DNA of 64,000 bases from Terriglobia bacterium (GTDB lineage Bacteria; Acidobacteriota; Terriglobia; Bryobacterales; UBA6623). How positions within the stretch are numbered: position 1 is the first letter of the stretch; each line of letters begins with the position of its first letter. The DNA lies in contig VXMF01000021.1 in NCBI GenBank assembly GCA_009841225.1, forward strand, positions 90,583 to 154,582, read 5' to 3'. The notes beneath the pieces are model-generated. The model saw only the letters and a list, made by a program, of their open reading frames with translations. It was not told where the DNA came from and searched no databases. Shown here in pieces: positions 18,163 through 28,686 of this stretch. A program made the translations under genes and the position numbers.

Positions 18163-18630
18163 TCAGTAGGTGCCATCTGCCGCCAGATTCGTCCAAGCGT
18201 GTAGAACATCGAGCGCGCCGTCGCAAGGGACGTGCACCATAGGCAACTCGCGCTCTCCGATTGGCTTCGCCAACTCCTCGTAGATGAACTCGTCGCGGAA
18301 CGCGATGCGGGCGGCGTCGTGCCGGTTGACCGAAAAGTAGACCCTGCCGATGCGCGACCAGTAGATTGCGCCCAGGCACATCGGGCACGGCTCGCAACTG
18401 GAATAGATCTCGCAGCCCGTCAGGTCGTACGTCGCCAGGCTGCGGCAAGCGTTCCTGATCGCCACGATCTCGGCATGGGCTGTGGGGTCCTTCGAGCGGA
18501 GCACCTCGTTCCAGCCTTCGCCGACAACCGCGTCGTCACGGACGATCACGGCACCGAACGGCCCGCCGTGTCCCAGCTTCACGCCTCTGCTGGACAGCTC
18601 CACGGCGCGCTTCATATGCGTTTCGTTCAT
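18163..18630 (-). CDS. guaD: Nucleoside/guanine deaminase (cytidine deaminase fold)
   Basis: GGPFGAVIV, HAEIVAIR, CEPCPMC; closely resembles the short Bacillus-type guanine deaminase. Confidence 0.75.
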   Translation of the reverse strand: MNETHMKRAVELSSRGVKLGHGGPFGAVIVRDDAVVGEGWNEVLRSKDPTAHAEIVAIRNACRSLATYDLTGCEIYSSCEPCPMCLGAIYWSRIGRVYFSVNRHDAARIAFRDEFIYEELAKPIGERELPMVHVPCDGALDVLHAWTNLAADGTY

Positions 18631-18711
18631 CGTTCTACAGTGCCGGTCCGCCGCACGGCGTCAGAATGACACCCATCTCAAGATCCTGCCGTGCACCGCT
18701 TTGGCAAGTTT

Positions 18712-18759
18712 GGTTTACAAAACAGAGTGTATCATGACACAACGTAAACCCATGTGTCA
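18712..18759. promoter_or_regulatory. Interleaved inverted repeats upstream of the XRE-peptidase gene
   Basis: GGTTTAC (18712-18718)/GTAAACC (18744-18750) and TGACACA (18735-18741)-N11-TGTGTCA (18753-18759); TTGACA on the minus strand at 18760-18755. Confidence 0.5.
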
Positions 18760-18778
18760 ACATGGAGGGAGGGGCGGA

Positions 18779-19858
18779 ATGATCGGAAAACGGCTCAAGC
18801 TGGCACGCACGGCCGCCGGGCTCTCGCTGCGCGGCCTCGCCGCGGTCATCGAACACCGCGTCTCGGCGCAGGCGATCGGAAAGTACGAACGCAACGAAAC
18901 CATGCCGGGCAGTGCCGTGCTGATCGCCCTCGCCGACGCCCTGCATACGACCGTGGACTACCTGCTTGGCGACGCAGACCTCCTCCTCGACGATCTCAAG
19001 TTCCGCAAGAACGCGTTCACAAGCAAGCGCGCCGTGGCACGAGTCGAGGCCGCGGTGCTCGCGGATCTCGAACGTTATCTCGCCGTCGAGGACATCCTCG
19101 GCCTACCTAGTGCCCGATGGGACCAGCCGCGGGACGCACCCTATCCGGTGCGGCACGATGCCATCGAGGCGGACCGTGCCGCCCATGCCCTACGTCTCCA
19201 TTGGGGCATGGGCCACGAGCCCGTTCCCAACCTAGTTGAACTACTCGAAGAGCGGGGGATCAAGATATTCGCCTTGCCCCTCGGCACCGTGGGCGGTCTC
19301 GCCGCCCGGGCGCGCAGAGCGGGACTCGCGCCCGTCCCCTTCGTCGTCGTGAACTCCGAGGACTGGGCCGAGCGGCAGCGCTTCACCATTGCCCACGAAC
19401 TCGGCCACATCGTGCTCGACGTCTCCCGCGGGCTCGACGCGGAGCGTGTTGCGCACCGCTTCGCCGGCGCGTTTCTGATGCCTACCGCGGCGCTGTGGCT
19501 CGAGGTCGGCAAACGACGCAGCGCCCTCTCCGTCGGCGAACTCTTGGCTCTGAAGCATGTGTTCGGCGTTAGCATTCAGGCGCTGACTCACCGCTGCCGG
19601 GATCTCGACATCATCGGCGTGGCCACCTATCGAGCCCTGTTCAACGAGTTCGATCAGCTGGGTTGGCGCTCCCCTCCCTACAAGGAGTACGGCGCCAAGG
19701 CTGGCGAGTTCCCGAACCGGTTCGGCCGGCTCTGCTTGCGCGCCCTCGCCGAAGGGGCCATCACCGATTCGAGAGCGGCGGAGCTCCTTAACATCGGCAT
19801 CGGCGACGTCAACGACTACATGCGGGGCATCCTGCCTTCGTCGACGCCCGCGGGGTGA
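18779..19858 (+). CDS. XRE-family HTH fused to ImmA/IrrE (COG2856/DUF955) zinc metallopeptidase
   Basis: N-terminal IGKRLKLARTAAGLSLRGLA...VSAQAIGKYERNE HTH; RQRFTIAHELGH (HExxH); E..AHRFAGAFLMP. Start placed at MIGKR; SD GGAGG upstream. Confidence 0.92.
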   Translation: MIGKRLKLARTAAGLSLRGLAAVIEHRVSAQAIGKYERNETMPGSAVLIALADALHTTVDYLLGDADLLLDDLKFRKNAFTSKRAVARVEAAVLADLERYLAVEDILGLPSARWDQPRDAPYPVRHDAIEADRAAHALRLHWGMGHEPVPNLVELLEERGIKIFALPLGTVGGLAARARRAGLAPVPFVVVNSEDWAERQRFTIAHELGHIVLDVSRGLDAERVAHRFAGAFLMPTAALWLEVGKRRSALSVGELLALKHVFGVSIQALTHRCRDLDIIGVATYRALFNEFDQLGWRSPPYKEYGAKAGEFPNRFGRLCLRALAEGAITDSRAAELLNIGIGDVNDYMRGILPSSTPAG

Positions 19859-19861
19859 CGC

Positions 19862-20374
19862 GTGTCCCGCCGGGTCGTCGTGTCGGACTCGTCGGTGCTC
19901 ATCGACCTCGAGCGCGGCATCTTCTTCGCCGCCGCCTTCGCGCTGCCGTTCGAGTTCTGCGTGCCGGACCTGCTCTACCGGCGCGAGCTTGAACCTCTCG
20001 GAGGCGACCAACTCGTTCACATGGGCCTCCGCGTGCTCGAGCTCGACGACGCCGGGGTCGGCCGCGCGGCCCGGTATCGCCAGGCCGTCCCGGCGCTCTC
20101 ACTATCCGATGCCTTTGCGCTAGCGCTCGCTCACAGCACCGGTGGCACGCTACTTACAGGCGACGCTCGTCTGCGTCGGCTTGCCGACGATGAGAGAATC
20201 GCTTGTCACGGCGTGCTGTGGCTCCTAGACCGGATTTTCCAAGAGCGTTCCGCGACGCCAAAACAGCTTTACGATGGGCTAGTCAGGATCCGAGACCACC
20301 CCCGCTGCAGACTTCCCAAGGCCGAGGTAAGCAAGCGCCTGAAGGTCTTCAAGCTTGCTGCGAAAACCGCTTGA
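19862..20374 (+). CDS. PIN-domain protein (putative RNase toxin)
   Basis: VVVSDSSVLIDL, LS.SDAFALALA and LLTGDARLR carry the conserved PIN acidic residues; 3-nt gap after the XRE-peptidase gene. Confidence 0.8.
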   Translation: MSRRVVVSDSSVLIDLERGIFFAAAFALPFEFCVPDLLYRRELEPLGGDQLVHMGLRVLELDDAGVGRAARYRQAVPALSLSDAFALALAHSTGGTLLTGDARLRRLADDERIACHGVLWLLDRIFQERSATPKQLYDGLVRIRDHPRCRLPKAEVSKRLKVFKLAAKTA

Positions 20375-20463
20375 CGACAACCCCCGGCGTACGGGCGCGA
20401 GGCGGCAAGACAAGTGGAGGGCGAGCTGCTTCGGCCCTTCGATACCCAAATCGAGCTTGAGAA

Positions 20464-22209
20464 TTAAGGCAGAGAGAAGACGAAGATGCTCGATCCCGAA
20501 GGGAAGTGCTCTGCCTCGGGCCAGAGCTGCGTGGTGAGTCCGGCCAGCGCCGAACCCCAACCGCTCGGAGTAGCGATGTACTGCCGGCCGTCGACCGCGT
20601 ACGTGATGGCGGAGCCGCGATGACCGGAGCCCGTTCGAAAGCTCCACAGCTCGCTTCCATCGCTGGCGTCGAGCGCGAAAAACCTGCCCGTGGCATCGCC
20701 GCTGAATACCAGCGCGCCGGCGGTAGCTAACTGCGATGCCAGCAGGGGGTACTTGTGCCGAATCCGCCACTTGCGCTCTCCCGTGACCGGATCGTAGGCC
20801 GACAAGTGCGCATGCGCCTCTCCGCTCTTCGGGTGAGCCATCTCAAACTCTCCTCCGAAAAACGCGAGACCCTCCTGGGGGTCCTCTTGCCTTACCGTCA
20901 GCGTCTGGCACCATTCCAGGCCAGTCGAGTAAAACCAGCCAGTCTGGGGGGAGTAGGCGCCATGGTTCCAGCTCCGCCCACCACCAATCGCGGGACAGAC
21001 GAAGCTGGTCTCGCCGACGGGCGGCTCGTTCCGCCCGATCAAGCGTCCCTGCTCGTCTATGCCTTCGATCCAGTTCGAACTCTCCACCAGAGGCCACGCG
21101 CCGAGGAACTCCCCGTTCTGTCGATCCAGCAGCCAAACATAGCCGGACTTCGATGGATTGAGCATGGTCTTGCGCACCACGCCATCCACTTCCAAGTCCA
21201 GCAGGACCATTTCGTAAGCCGTGTCGTAGTCCCACACGTCGTGCGGGATCTGCTGGTAGTGCCATTGGATCTCGCCGGTGTCCGGATCGAGCGCAACAAC
21301 CGAATCCGTGTAGAGGTTGTCGCCTTCTCGGTCGCCGCCATAGAAGTCGGCAGCCGGGTTTCCCACCGCCCAATACAACAGGTCCAATTCGGGATCGTAG
21401 GTGCCGGTCACCCAAGTCGAGCCACCGCCGTAAACCCAAGAGTCCCCCGCCCAAGTGTCGTGGCCGGGCTCCCCGGGCCCGGGGATTGTCCAGAACCGCC
21501 AGCGGTGCCGACCGGTGCGGGCGTCGAAGGCGTTGATGTATCCGCGATGAGCCGAGTCGCCTCCAGTGACGCCCGTGATGACCAAGTCCTTGACTACTAG
21601 CGGTGCAGCAGTGATGTTGCAGCCGCACTGCTTGGAGTTCTCCACCTCGACGCGCCAGACTTCCTCCCCGGTTTCTCGGTCCAACGCGACTACATGGTTG
21701 TCCAATGTGCCCATGTAGACCAGCCCATAGGCCACCGCTACGCCACGGTTCCAAGTCCCATAGGTGCCAGGAATCTGATCAGGCCTGGGATAGTCGTAGC
21801 GCCAGATCTGCTCGCCCGTGGCCGCATCGAGCGCAAAGACGCGATTCCAAGCGGTCGAGACGTACATGGTGCCGTCGACGACCAGCGGCGCAGCTTGTAA
21901 TCCGCCGTCGGTCACACCGCTCTCAAATGCCCACACAGGCCGGAGCTGTTCGATGTTCGCGCGATTGATCTGATCCAACGGACTGTAGCGCCAGCTCTCG
22001 TACGTACCGTAATACGTCAACCAGTTCTCCGGCTCGTCACCCGCTTGGTTGAGCCTCGCGGAATCGACCTCCCCGCCTGAGGCGAGCCCGGCTGCAAGCA
22101 GCAGTGCTGCCGCACATCGCTGGATTTTCGGCCGGATCTTGGAACGTTGGCCGAACCGTACGACCCAGTTGCGATCTTCTGCAATGAGCCCGTAGCGTGT
22201 CGTCATCAC
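20464..22209 (-). CDS. PQQ-dependent dehydrogenase, methanol/ethanol family-like
   Basis: NWLTYYG..ESWRYSPLDQINRANI, repeated W-motif propeller blades (ALDAATGEQIWRY), HDVWDYD, CPAIGGGRSW. Confidence 0.9.
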   Translation of the reverse strand: MMTTRYGLIAEDRNWVVRFGQRSKIRPKIQRCAAALLLAAGLASGGEVDSARLNQAGDEPENWLTYYGTYESWRYSPLDQINRANIEQLRPVWAFESGVTDGGLQAAPLVVDGTMYVSTAWNRVFALDAATGEQIWRYDYPRPDQIPGTYGTWNRGVAVAYGLVYMGTLDNHVVALDRETGEEVWRVEVENSKQCGCNITAAPLVVKDLVITGVTGGDSAHRGYINAFDARTGRHRWRFWTIPGPGEPGHDTWAGDSWVYGGGSTWVTGTYDPELDLLYWAVGNPAADFYGGDREGDNLYTDSVVALDPDTGEIQWHYQQIPHDVWDYDTAYEMVLLDLEVDGVVRKTMLNPSKSGYVWLLDRQNGEFLGAWPLVESSNWIEGIDEQGRLIGRNEPPVGETSFVCPAIGGGRSWNHGAYSPQTGWFYSTGLEWCQTLTVRQEDPQEGLAFFGGEFEMAHPKSGEAHAHLSAYDPVTGERKWRIRHKYPLLASQLATAGALVFSGDATGRFFALDASDGSELWSFRTGSGHRGSAITYAVDGRQYIATPSGWGSALAGLTTQLWPEAEHFPSGSSIFVFSLP

Positions 22210-23171
22210 TCGGATTCCCCTTCCGGCAACAGCGCGATTGCTCTGGTGCGAGCGCCCGACTGGTCGGCGACCTTCAAGGGCAAGGCTATATAGAACGCAC
22301 CCCGGACCGGCAGCTCGCCTAGGTTGGTCAGCAGCTCTTCCCAGCTCATGCCCTGTTGCAGCCCGGCGAGGTGCGTGGGTTGGCCATCTTCGACAGGCCC
22401 CATCGAAGCGCCGTCAGTGCCGAGGTGCCAGACGCCACGGTCGAAGAGATACTTGACCGCCTCGGGAGTCGGTGCCGGCCACCCCGGAGCGGTCTTCAGT
22501 ACGAGCGGCTCCATGGTCATGCGGGCGCCCTCTGGCAAGGGCTTGTAGTACGCATCCGAGTACCCGCTGTGGAACAGCACCACTTCGCCAGACTGGATCG
22601 AGCCGTGCTCGGACTCCCAAGTCTGAATACGCTCCACGCTGATAGGAGCGGAGAATCCCGGCTCGGCCGCGTCGCGCAGATCTGTCACATCGATGACCAC
22701 TGCGGGCCCCATTAGCCTGCTCAACGGATACTTGTCGCCAGTGATGGCGCCCATCGGGCTGGCATGTGGCAGGCCCGAATCCGGTGGCGGCACGAAATGC
22801 GCTGGGAAATCGGTCTGCGTGCCAGTGTGCTCGTCGAGGACAAAGCGCTGGGAATAGTACGGCCCGTTGCTGCCCGACGCCGGCGAGCCGTACACGTTAG
22901 TGGGCTGTTCGAACCAGTTGTTCGTCCAGCGCGCAAAAGGCGGGTTGGAGCCCCAGTGCGCGGGCAACGTCTCCGCAAGCAACACGGTGAGGTCCACTAC
23001 GCGCCGTGCCCGCCCGGTGAACTCGCCGGCAGATCCGGCTTCGATCGCGGCCTCATCGAAGCCGGCACCCACGCCAGCAGCGGGACTAGACCTGGGATCC
23101 TCTTTAGAGGTGCAGTGCAGCGCTAGCAAGAGCAGTGCAGAAGCTGCGCAAGCAGCAAGGGAAGGCCGCAT
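22206..23171 (-). CDS. Cyclase-family metal-dependent hydrolase (kynurenine formamidase-like), probable lipoprotein
   Basis: EHTGTQTDFPAH motif, GPAVVIDV, VVLFHSG, LGTDGASM, ELLTNLGELP..G..YIALPLKV; LALHC lipobox-like leader; 4-bp overlap with the PQQ gene. Confidence 0.8.
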   Translation of the reverse strand: MRPSLAACAASALLLLALHCTSKEDPRSSPAAGVGAGFDEAAIEAGSAGEFTGRARRVVDLTVLLAETLPAHWGSNPPFARWTNNWFEQPTNVYGSPASGSNGPYYSQRFVLDEHTGTQTDFPAHFVPPPDSGLPHASPMGAITGDKYPLSRLMGPAVVIDVTDLRDAAEPGFSAPISVERIQTWESEHGSIQSGEVVLFHSGYSDAYYKPLPEGARMTMEPLVLKTAPGWPAPTPEAVKYLFDRGVWHLGTDGASMGPVEDGQPTHLAGLQQGMSWEELLTNLGELPVRGAFYIALPLKVADQSGARTRAIALLPEGESE

Positions 23172-23573
23172 GATCGACTCCTTCTTGTGAGCGCCCAGTC
23201 ACGGCGATCGCTCCAATCGCAGGACCCGCTGGCCTCGGAAAGCCTCTAGCCGCAGGCTGTTTGTTATGGGCAGTCAACTACTTAGAAACGATATCGCACT
23301 GCGAGAGCCAAGCTTCACCGACGCATTGTCACTACGGATCAACCGCCAGCACGTCGACAAGGCCCGGATTGCAGCATCGAACTCTCGTTCTCCATCTAGA
23401 TACGGCTTCCACTCGCGCTCACAGGCGCCAAGGTGATCGGGCCAAGCATGGTCCCGCACAATTCCTGCGTCACGTGACACAGCGTTCGCTCGGGCTCCCA
23501 ACATGCAGACTCGGTCGCATACGATGAGAAGGATCACGGCGCGGCCGCGACCACAAGTGTCGCGGCAGGATCC

Positions 23574-26500
23574 ATGACACCAACAAGACCACAGGCAAGG
23601 TTAGGTATCGCCCTTGCCGGCATAATCGTTGTTGCTTGGAACTTGAGCTTGTTGCCTTCCGATGCCGCAGATGGTGCACCGCAATCGCTTGAAGCATCGT
23701 TCGAGCAGACTGCGGGACCGTTCCTGAGCCAAAACTGCGTCGCCTGCCACAACGAGAACACCGCCATGTCCGGCGTCCGTCTGGATCAGCTCGACGCCGC
23801 GCTCGAAGACCGGCACCTTCGGCTTTGGGAGGTCGTCCAGAAGAGGGTGGTCGACGAGTCCATGCCTCCGGAGGGCGCACCGCAGCCCACGGCCGCCGAG
23901 CGCCAGCGCATGGATGCTTGGATCGAGCAGGCTCTGGACGTAGCGCGCTCAAGGCCCGTGCCAAAGAACGGTGTCGTGCGCCGACTCACGGTGGCGCAGT
24001 ATCGAAACACCCTGCGCGATCTGCTGCGACTGGAAGACGACATCACCGACACGCTCCCGCCAGATGCGGTCTCCAAGGACGGCTTTGTGAACAACACCGC
24101 CACCCTAGAGCTCTCCCCTCTGTTGATGGAGGCCTACCTGGAAATCGCTGACGAAGCATTGACCCGAGCCATTGTTGATCCGGACGCGAAGCCATCGATC
24201 CAGAACTTCCGGGTGGAGCTAGGCGCCGGGATCAATCCCGAGCCGCTGGAGGACGAGCTGATCCTTGGCGCGAACAGCCTGCTGTTGGCCACGCCCGATT
24301 ACGTGGTCAGCGAACCGACCCCACGCAAGCCGTTCGCGTTCGAGCACAAACGCATGCGTACGAACTACCGCTTCAACGAAGGCTACCGGGGCAACGCAAC
24401 GGTTCGCGGCTGGCGCGAATTCGATAGCATCTACCACTCCGTGTTCGCTTGCATGCGCGGCAGCCGAGGCTATCCCAAGGGCCAGCCGTACAGCACCGTT
24501 CCTGAGGGCCTGCTGCTCCGTCCGGCGATTCCCAACGATGAACTGTTCCGCCTGGACGGCACCTATGGGCCGAAGGCGAACTTCAAGATTTCGCTGCGCG
24601 AACTACCTGACCACGGGCGATTTCGCGTGACCGTAACCGCCGCGAAATACGACGATGGCCTGCTGCTGGACCAAGACGACGAGGCCCAGCCGGGGGATCG
24701 CGGCTCAGGCGCGGTCAGTGTCGATCCGGGAAGGGACAGCAGCGTGGACCTCGAGCGCGGGGGCATCTACCAAGTTGACGTATACGAGACGCCCAGAAGC
24801 GAGCCTCCCCCGCTAACAGACCTCTCCCGGCTGGAGGAAGGCCTCGCCGGAGCGTGGACGCTGGACGGCGACGAAACGATCGAGCTAGGGGCCAACGGGA
24901 GCTTCGTCGACTCCCCGTTCGGAAGAGCGCTCTCACTCGACGGAGAGGCCTATCAGCGCGGGGCGGTGGTCCCTCAGCATGACGGACTGAACGTCGGCGC
25001 GGCCGACTTCACGGTGACGGCCTGGATTCGGCCCAGGCAGAGACACCGGGCAGGCATCGTCGCGCGCGGAGCCAGGCAGTACACGCACGGCTGGTTTTTC
25101 GAAATGTCAGACAACAGAGGGTCGCTGCGGCTGGAGACAACCGGCCCGAACAACGAAACCAATGGCGTGGTCACGTCCCCGCCCGGCGTGCTCCGGGCCA
25201 AGGCTTGGCAGCATGTCGCCGCCGTCGTGCGGCGCGGCGCAGCCGAAACCAAGCTGTACGTGAATGGCTACGCCGTCGCACGGGGAATGATCGATGCCGC
25301 AAATCTGGACAACCCTGAAATCGACCTCCATCTCGGCCAAGTCCCCGAACAGGGGCCGTTCCGCGGCCAGCTCGACGAGGTGCGGTTGTATCGCAGGGCG
25401 CTATCCGAAGCCGAATTGCAAGCCTTGGTGCAACCCGGCAGGCACTTCGTCAAACCTCCGCCAGACCGGCCGCAGGACGTGACGCTCACGCTGGGAAGCC
25501 GCCAATTCTCGGGCACGTTGCTACAACCAGCATTTCTAGCCGTGCGGCTCGAGGCGGGCACGCTGCCGGTGGGCGCCCAAGGAACGGGCGTGAAGGACGT
25601 GAACCGGATTGTCCTGACGCCGCTTGACGCGGACCACGATGTCGCCAGAAGGTTCCAAGCTTTCGAGGGGCGCGTGCCGCGGCTCGGCGTCTACTTGGGC
25701 CTCCGCCGCGACTGTGGCAGCACGCTTGCTCCGGTTGGCCCGCCGCGGACCGTGCCGGAAACCGACCTGCTGCGCTACGTGTTCGAGGGCGCGGTCCGAG
25801 ACTTTCCCAGCCCTGACGTGGAGAAGGACAACATAAACTACCTTGCCGGCATCCGCGAGATCGGCGTTCGCAGCGAGTACACCGACGGGCGTGACATGCC
25901 GCGCCTGCTAGTCCGCTCGGTGGAATTCGAAGGTCCGTTCTACGAGCAATGGCCGCCCGAATCGCACCGCAAAATCTTTGTGGACTTCGACCGCAAGGCC
26001 GACTCGGCAGCCTACGCCCGCCGCATCATTTCCGCGTTCGCGAGTCGAGCCTACCGGCGCCCTGTCTCCGAGGCGGAGGTATCGGCGCTGCTGGCTGTAT
26101 TCCAGTCCTCGCTAGAAGACTCGGGCAAATTCCGCGAAAGCATCAAGGACGCGCTGCAAGTCACCCTGACGTCCCCGCAGTTCCTGTTCTTGGTCGAGCG
26201 CAGCAGCACACCAGAGCCCGAGGAACTGGAGAGTCACGAGCTCGCTTCGAAACTGTCGTACTTCCTGTGGAATTCCCCTCCCGATCGCGAATTGCTGAAG
26301 CTGGCCGGCAACGGCAAGCTGCCCTCCCTGACCGGGAGCCAAGTTGCGCGCATGGTCAATGACGAGCGCTTCTCGAAATTCGTGGAGGAGTTTGCCTCGC
26401 AGTGGTTGAGCCTCGACAAGTTCGACGCGCTGGGGCCCGACCGAGAGCGCTTCCCGAAACTCACCCGCGCCACGCGCGAGCAGCTTCGGCGCGAGCCGAT

Positions 26501-27212
26501 CGAACTGCTCGGGCACCTGTTCCGCAACAACCTCCCCGCCAAGCACCTGGTCGTCTCCGACTACATCGTCGCGAACGAGGTCGTCGCCAGCTACTACGAC
26601 CTAGGCGACCGCAGCGAGAGCGGCCTGGAGTTCGTGCCGATCATGCACGGCCGGCCCGAACTGGGAGGCTTGCTGGGTCAGGCCGCGATCATGGCCGGTC
26701 TCTCTGACGGGCGCGAGTCGAATCCGGTCAAGCGCGGAGCTTGGCTGGCCCGCAAGATCATCGCTGAGCCGCCCGACGATCCCCCGCCCAACGTGCCGGA
26801 TCTCGCCGCGAGCACCGAGGGCCTGCCCCTCCGCCAGCGGCTCGAGCAGCACCGCCGCCTGCCCGGCTGCATCCAGTGCCACCTGAAAATTGACCCTTGG
26901 GGCGTCGCGCTGGAGGAATTCGATGCCGGCGGACGGCTCAAGCTGGAACCGGTGGACGCCCGCTCGATGTTGCCGGACAGCACTGAGGTATCCGGCATTG
27001 GCGACCTGAAACGATATCTGAGCGAGGACCGCATCGACCAGGTCGCTTTCGGCGTTCTCAAGCACCTAGTGACGTATGCCAATGGGCGCGATCTTGCCTA
27101 CAATGAAGTAAGCTATCTCAAGCAAGATGGGTTGAAGCTCAAGCAAGGCGGCTACAGGATGCAGGACATGCTCCGCTACGTAGTCACGAGCGAGCTCTTC
27201 CTGGAAAAGTAG
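23574..27212 (+). CDS. DUF1592/DUF1588/DUF1587/DUF1585/DUF1595-type protein with N-terminal cytochrome c and an inserted LamG (ConA-like) domain
   Basis: CVACH; [16 protein letters not shown]; [15 protein letters not shown]; [10 protein letters not shown]; C-terminal CIQCH..IDPWG; LamG motifs [34 protein letters not shown] at about 24830-25440. Confidence 0.9.
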   Translation: MTPTRPQARLGIALAGIIVVAWNLSLLPSDAADGAPQSLEASFEQTAGPFLSQNCVACHNENTAMSGVRLDQLDAALEDRHLRLWEVVQKRVVDESMPPEGAPQPTAAERQRMDAWIEQALDVARSRPVPKNGVVRRLTVAQYRNTLRDLLRLEDDITDTLPPDAVSKDGFVNNTATLELSPLLMEAYLEIADEALTRAIVDPDAKPSIQNFRVELGAGINPEPLEDELILGANSLLLATPDYVVSEPTPRKPFAFEHKRMRTNYRFNEGYRGNATVRGWREFDSIYHSVFACMRGSRGYPKGQPYSTVPEGLLLRPAIPNDELFRLDGTYGPKANFKISLRELPDHGRFRVTVTAAKYDDGLLLDQDDEAQPGDRGSGAVSVDPGRDSSVDLERGGIYQVDVYETPRSEPPPLTDLSRLEEGLAGAWTLDGDETIELGANGSFVDSPFGRALSLDGEAYQRGAVVPQHDGLNVGAADFTVTAWIRPRQRHRAGIVARGARQYTHGWFFEMSDNRGSLRLETTGPNNETNGVVTSPPGVLRAKAWQHVAAVVRRGAAETKLYVNGYAVARGMIDAANLDNPEIDLHLGQVPEQGPFRGQLDEVRLYRRALSEAELQALVQPGRHFVKPPPDRPQDVTLTLGSRQFSGTLLQPAFLAVRLEAGTLPVGAQGTGVKDVNRIVLTPLDADHDVARRFQAFEGRVPRLGVYLGLRRDCGSTLAPVGPPRTVPETDLLRYVFEGAVRDFPSPDVEKDNINYLAGIREIGVRSEYTDGRDMPRLLVRSVEFEGPFYEQWPPESHRKIFVDFDRKADSAAYARRIISAFASRAYRRPVSEAEVSALLAVFQSSLEDSGKFRESIKDALQVTLTSPQFLFLVERSSTPEPEELESHELASKLSYFLWNSPPDRELLKLAGNGKLPSLTGSQVARMVNDERFSKFVEEFASQWLSLDKFDALGPDRERFPKLTRATREQLRREPIELLGHLFRNNLPAKHLVVSDYIVANEVVASYYDLGDRSESGLEFVPIMHGRPELGGLLGQAAIMAGLSDGRESNPVKRGAWLARKIIAEPPDDPPPNVPDLAASTEGLPLRQRLEQHRRLPGCIQCHLKIDPWGVALEEFDAGGRLKLEPVDARSMLPDSTEVSGIGDLKRYLSEDRIDQVAFGVLKHLVTYANGRDLAYNEVSYLKQDGLKLKQGGYRMQDMLRYVVTSELFLEK

Positions 27213-27240
27213 GGCGGCTGCGCAGAGAGGCTGGAGGACT

Positions 27241-28575
27241 ATGTCCCGCAAGATCGATCGACGAGCGTTCCTGTACGGAATCGGGGGCATCTCGCTGGCC
27301 CTGCCCGTCTTGGATGCCATGGGAGCCGAAGTGGCCGAGCAGATCCCGCGCCGCTTCTGCGCCCTGTATACGGCCAACGGCATGGCCCTGCCGCGAACCG
27401 AAAACGGCATCGACGAATGGAGCTGGTTCCCAACTGCGGAGCGTGATGGCGAGTATGTCTTCGGCCGCTCGACCGAGCCGCTGAGCGATTTTCGGCAGAA
27501 GCTGAGCTTCATGGGCGGCCTGTACCATCCCAGCGGTCCCAAGGCTGACCCGCATACCTGCTCGGACATGTGGCTGACCGGCGCCCCGCTGCACAACCCC
27601 AAGCCGGGAACGTACAACACCGTCGCCCTCGACCAGGTAGTGGCGCAGCACACCAAGCAGCACTGCCGCCAGCCATCGCTGGTGCTTTCCATCGACGCCG
27701 GCACGGGCTTTCTCTCGCGTACGGGGACGATTTCCTACAACCTCGAGGGCCGGCCGATCCCGGCCGAGAACAACCCTCGCCGTGTCTTCAACCGCTTGTT
27801 CCGCGGTGACCGCGAATCCATGGAATCGGAGCGGGCACGCCTCCAGCGGCGCATCAAACTCGTCGATGCGGTGGCAGACAGCGCCCGATCGCTCGACCAC
27901 CAGCTCGGACAGTCCGACCGCCAGAAGATGGATCAGTACCTGACCTCGCTGAACGAGCTCGAGTCACGCATGATCGCGTCCGAGCGATGGATCGACATCC
28001 CTCTGAAGCGGCAGGACTACTCGCACTTGAACCTCGACGCTACTTCCGAGGGAGAGCCGGCCGATTTCTACCAGACGATGTTCGATCTGATCGCGCTGGC
28101 ATTCGACGCAGACATCACTCGGTCGGTAGCGTTCATGCTCAATCGCGAGGACGGCATGGGGATCAGCGACTCGTTCCCCCTCAAACTCGGCCTATCGGCC
28201 ACCCATCACAAGCTGTCACACGCCACAGACAAGGACGGCCAGTGGCAGTTTGCGAAGTACGACCGGTTCCTCAGCCAGCAGCTCGCACACTTCTTCGGCC
28301 GGATGGAGAGCTATCGCGATCGCGACGGCTCAGTGCTGGACAACACCATCGTGCTGTACGGCAGCGGGGCGAGCACGACCCATACGTCGCGCAATTTGCC
28401 GACGCTGCTCGTGGGCGGCGCCAACATGGGCCTGAAGCACGGAACGTACTGGCGGGATGGCGAGACGCGCATGTCGAACATGTACCTCAGCCTCCTGCAC
28501 TCGATGGGGATCGGCGTGGAGTCGTTCGCCGACAGCACGTCCACGCTGAGCGATTCGATCTTCAGCCGCACCTAG
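27241..28575 (+). CDS. DUF1552 domain protein (Tat-like leader)
   Basis: [23 protein letters not shown] leader; [12 protein letters not shown]; [12 protein letters not shown]; [13 protein letters not shown]; usual partner of DUF1592. Confidence 0.9.
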   Translation: MSRKIDRRAFLYGIGGISLALPVLDAMGAEVAEQIPRRFCALYTANGMALPRTENGIDEWSWFPTAERDGEYVFGRSTEPLSDFRQKLSFMGGLYHPSGPKADPHTCSDMWLTGAPLHNPKPGTYNTVALDQVVAQHTKQHCRQPSLVLSIDAGTGFLSRTGTISYNLEGRPIPAENNPRRVFNRLFRGDRESMESERARLQRRIKLVDAVADSARSLDHQLGQSDRQKMDQYLTSLNELESRMIASERWIDIPLKRQDYSHLNLDATSEGEPADFYQTMFDLIALAFDADITRSVAFMLNREDGMGISDSFPLKLGLSATHHKLSHATDKDGQWQFAKYDRFLSQQLAHFFGRMESYRDRDGSVLDNTIVLYGSGASTTHTSRNLPTLLVGGANMGLKHGTYWRDGETRMSNMYLSLLHSMGIGVESFADSTSTLSDSIFSRT

Positions 28576-28686
28576 GCTTCGACTCAGATCCGGCGACTGG
28601 GAGCCGATCAGTCCTGCGCCTGCGGGATCCAGCCTACAGCTGACGGCAGTCTGTCGCCGTGCTCCGCGCAATAGCGAGGGCCGGCA

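Noticed and set aside
9196-18630. Purine-salvage cluster linking the NCS2 permease and guanine deaminase
   Set aside because: The genes are about 7 kb apart, separated by unrelated genes and IS scars. The link is only thematic.
22206-23171. His-to-Gln change in the cyclase motif (HTGTQTD) as a sign of inactivation
   Set aside because: GTQxD variants are common in this family, so it is not evidence of a pseudogene.
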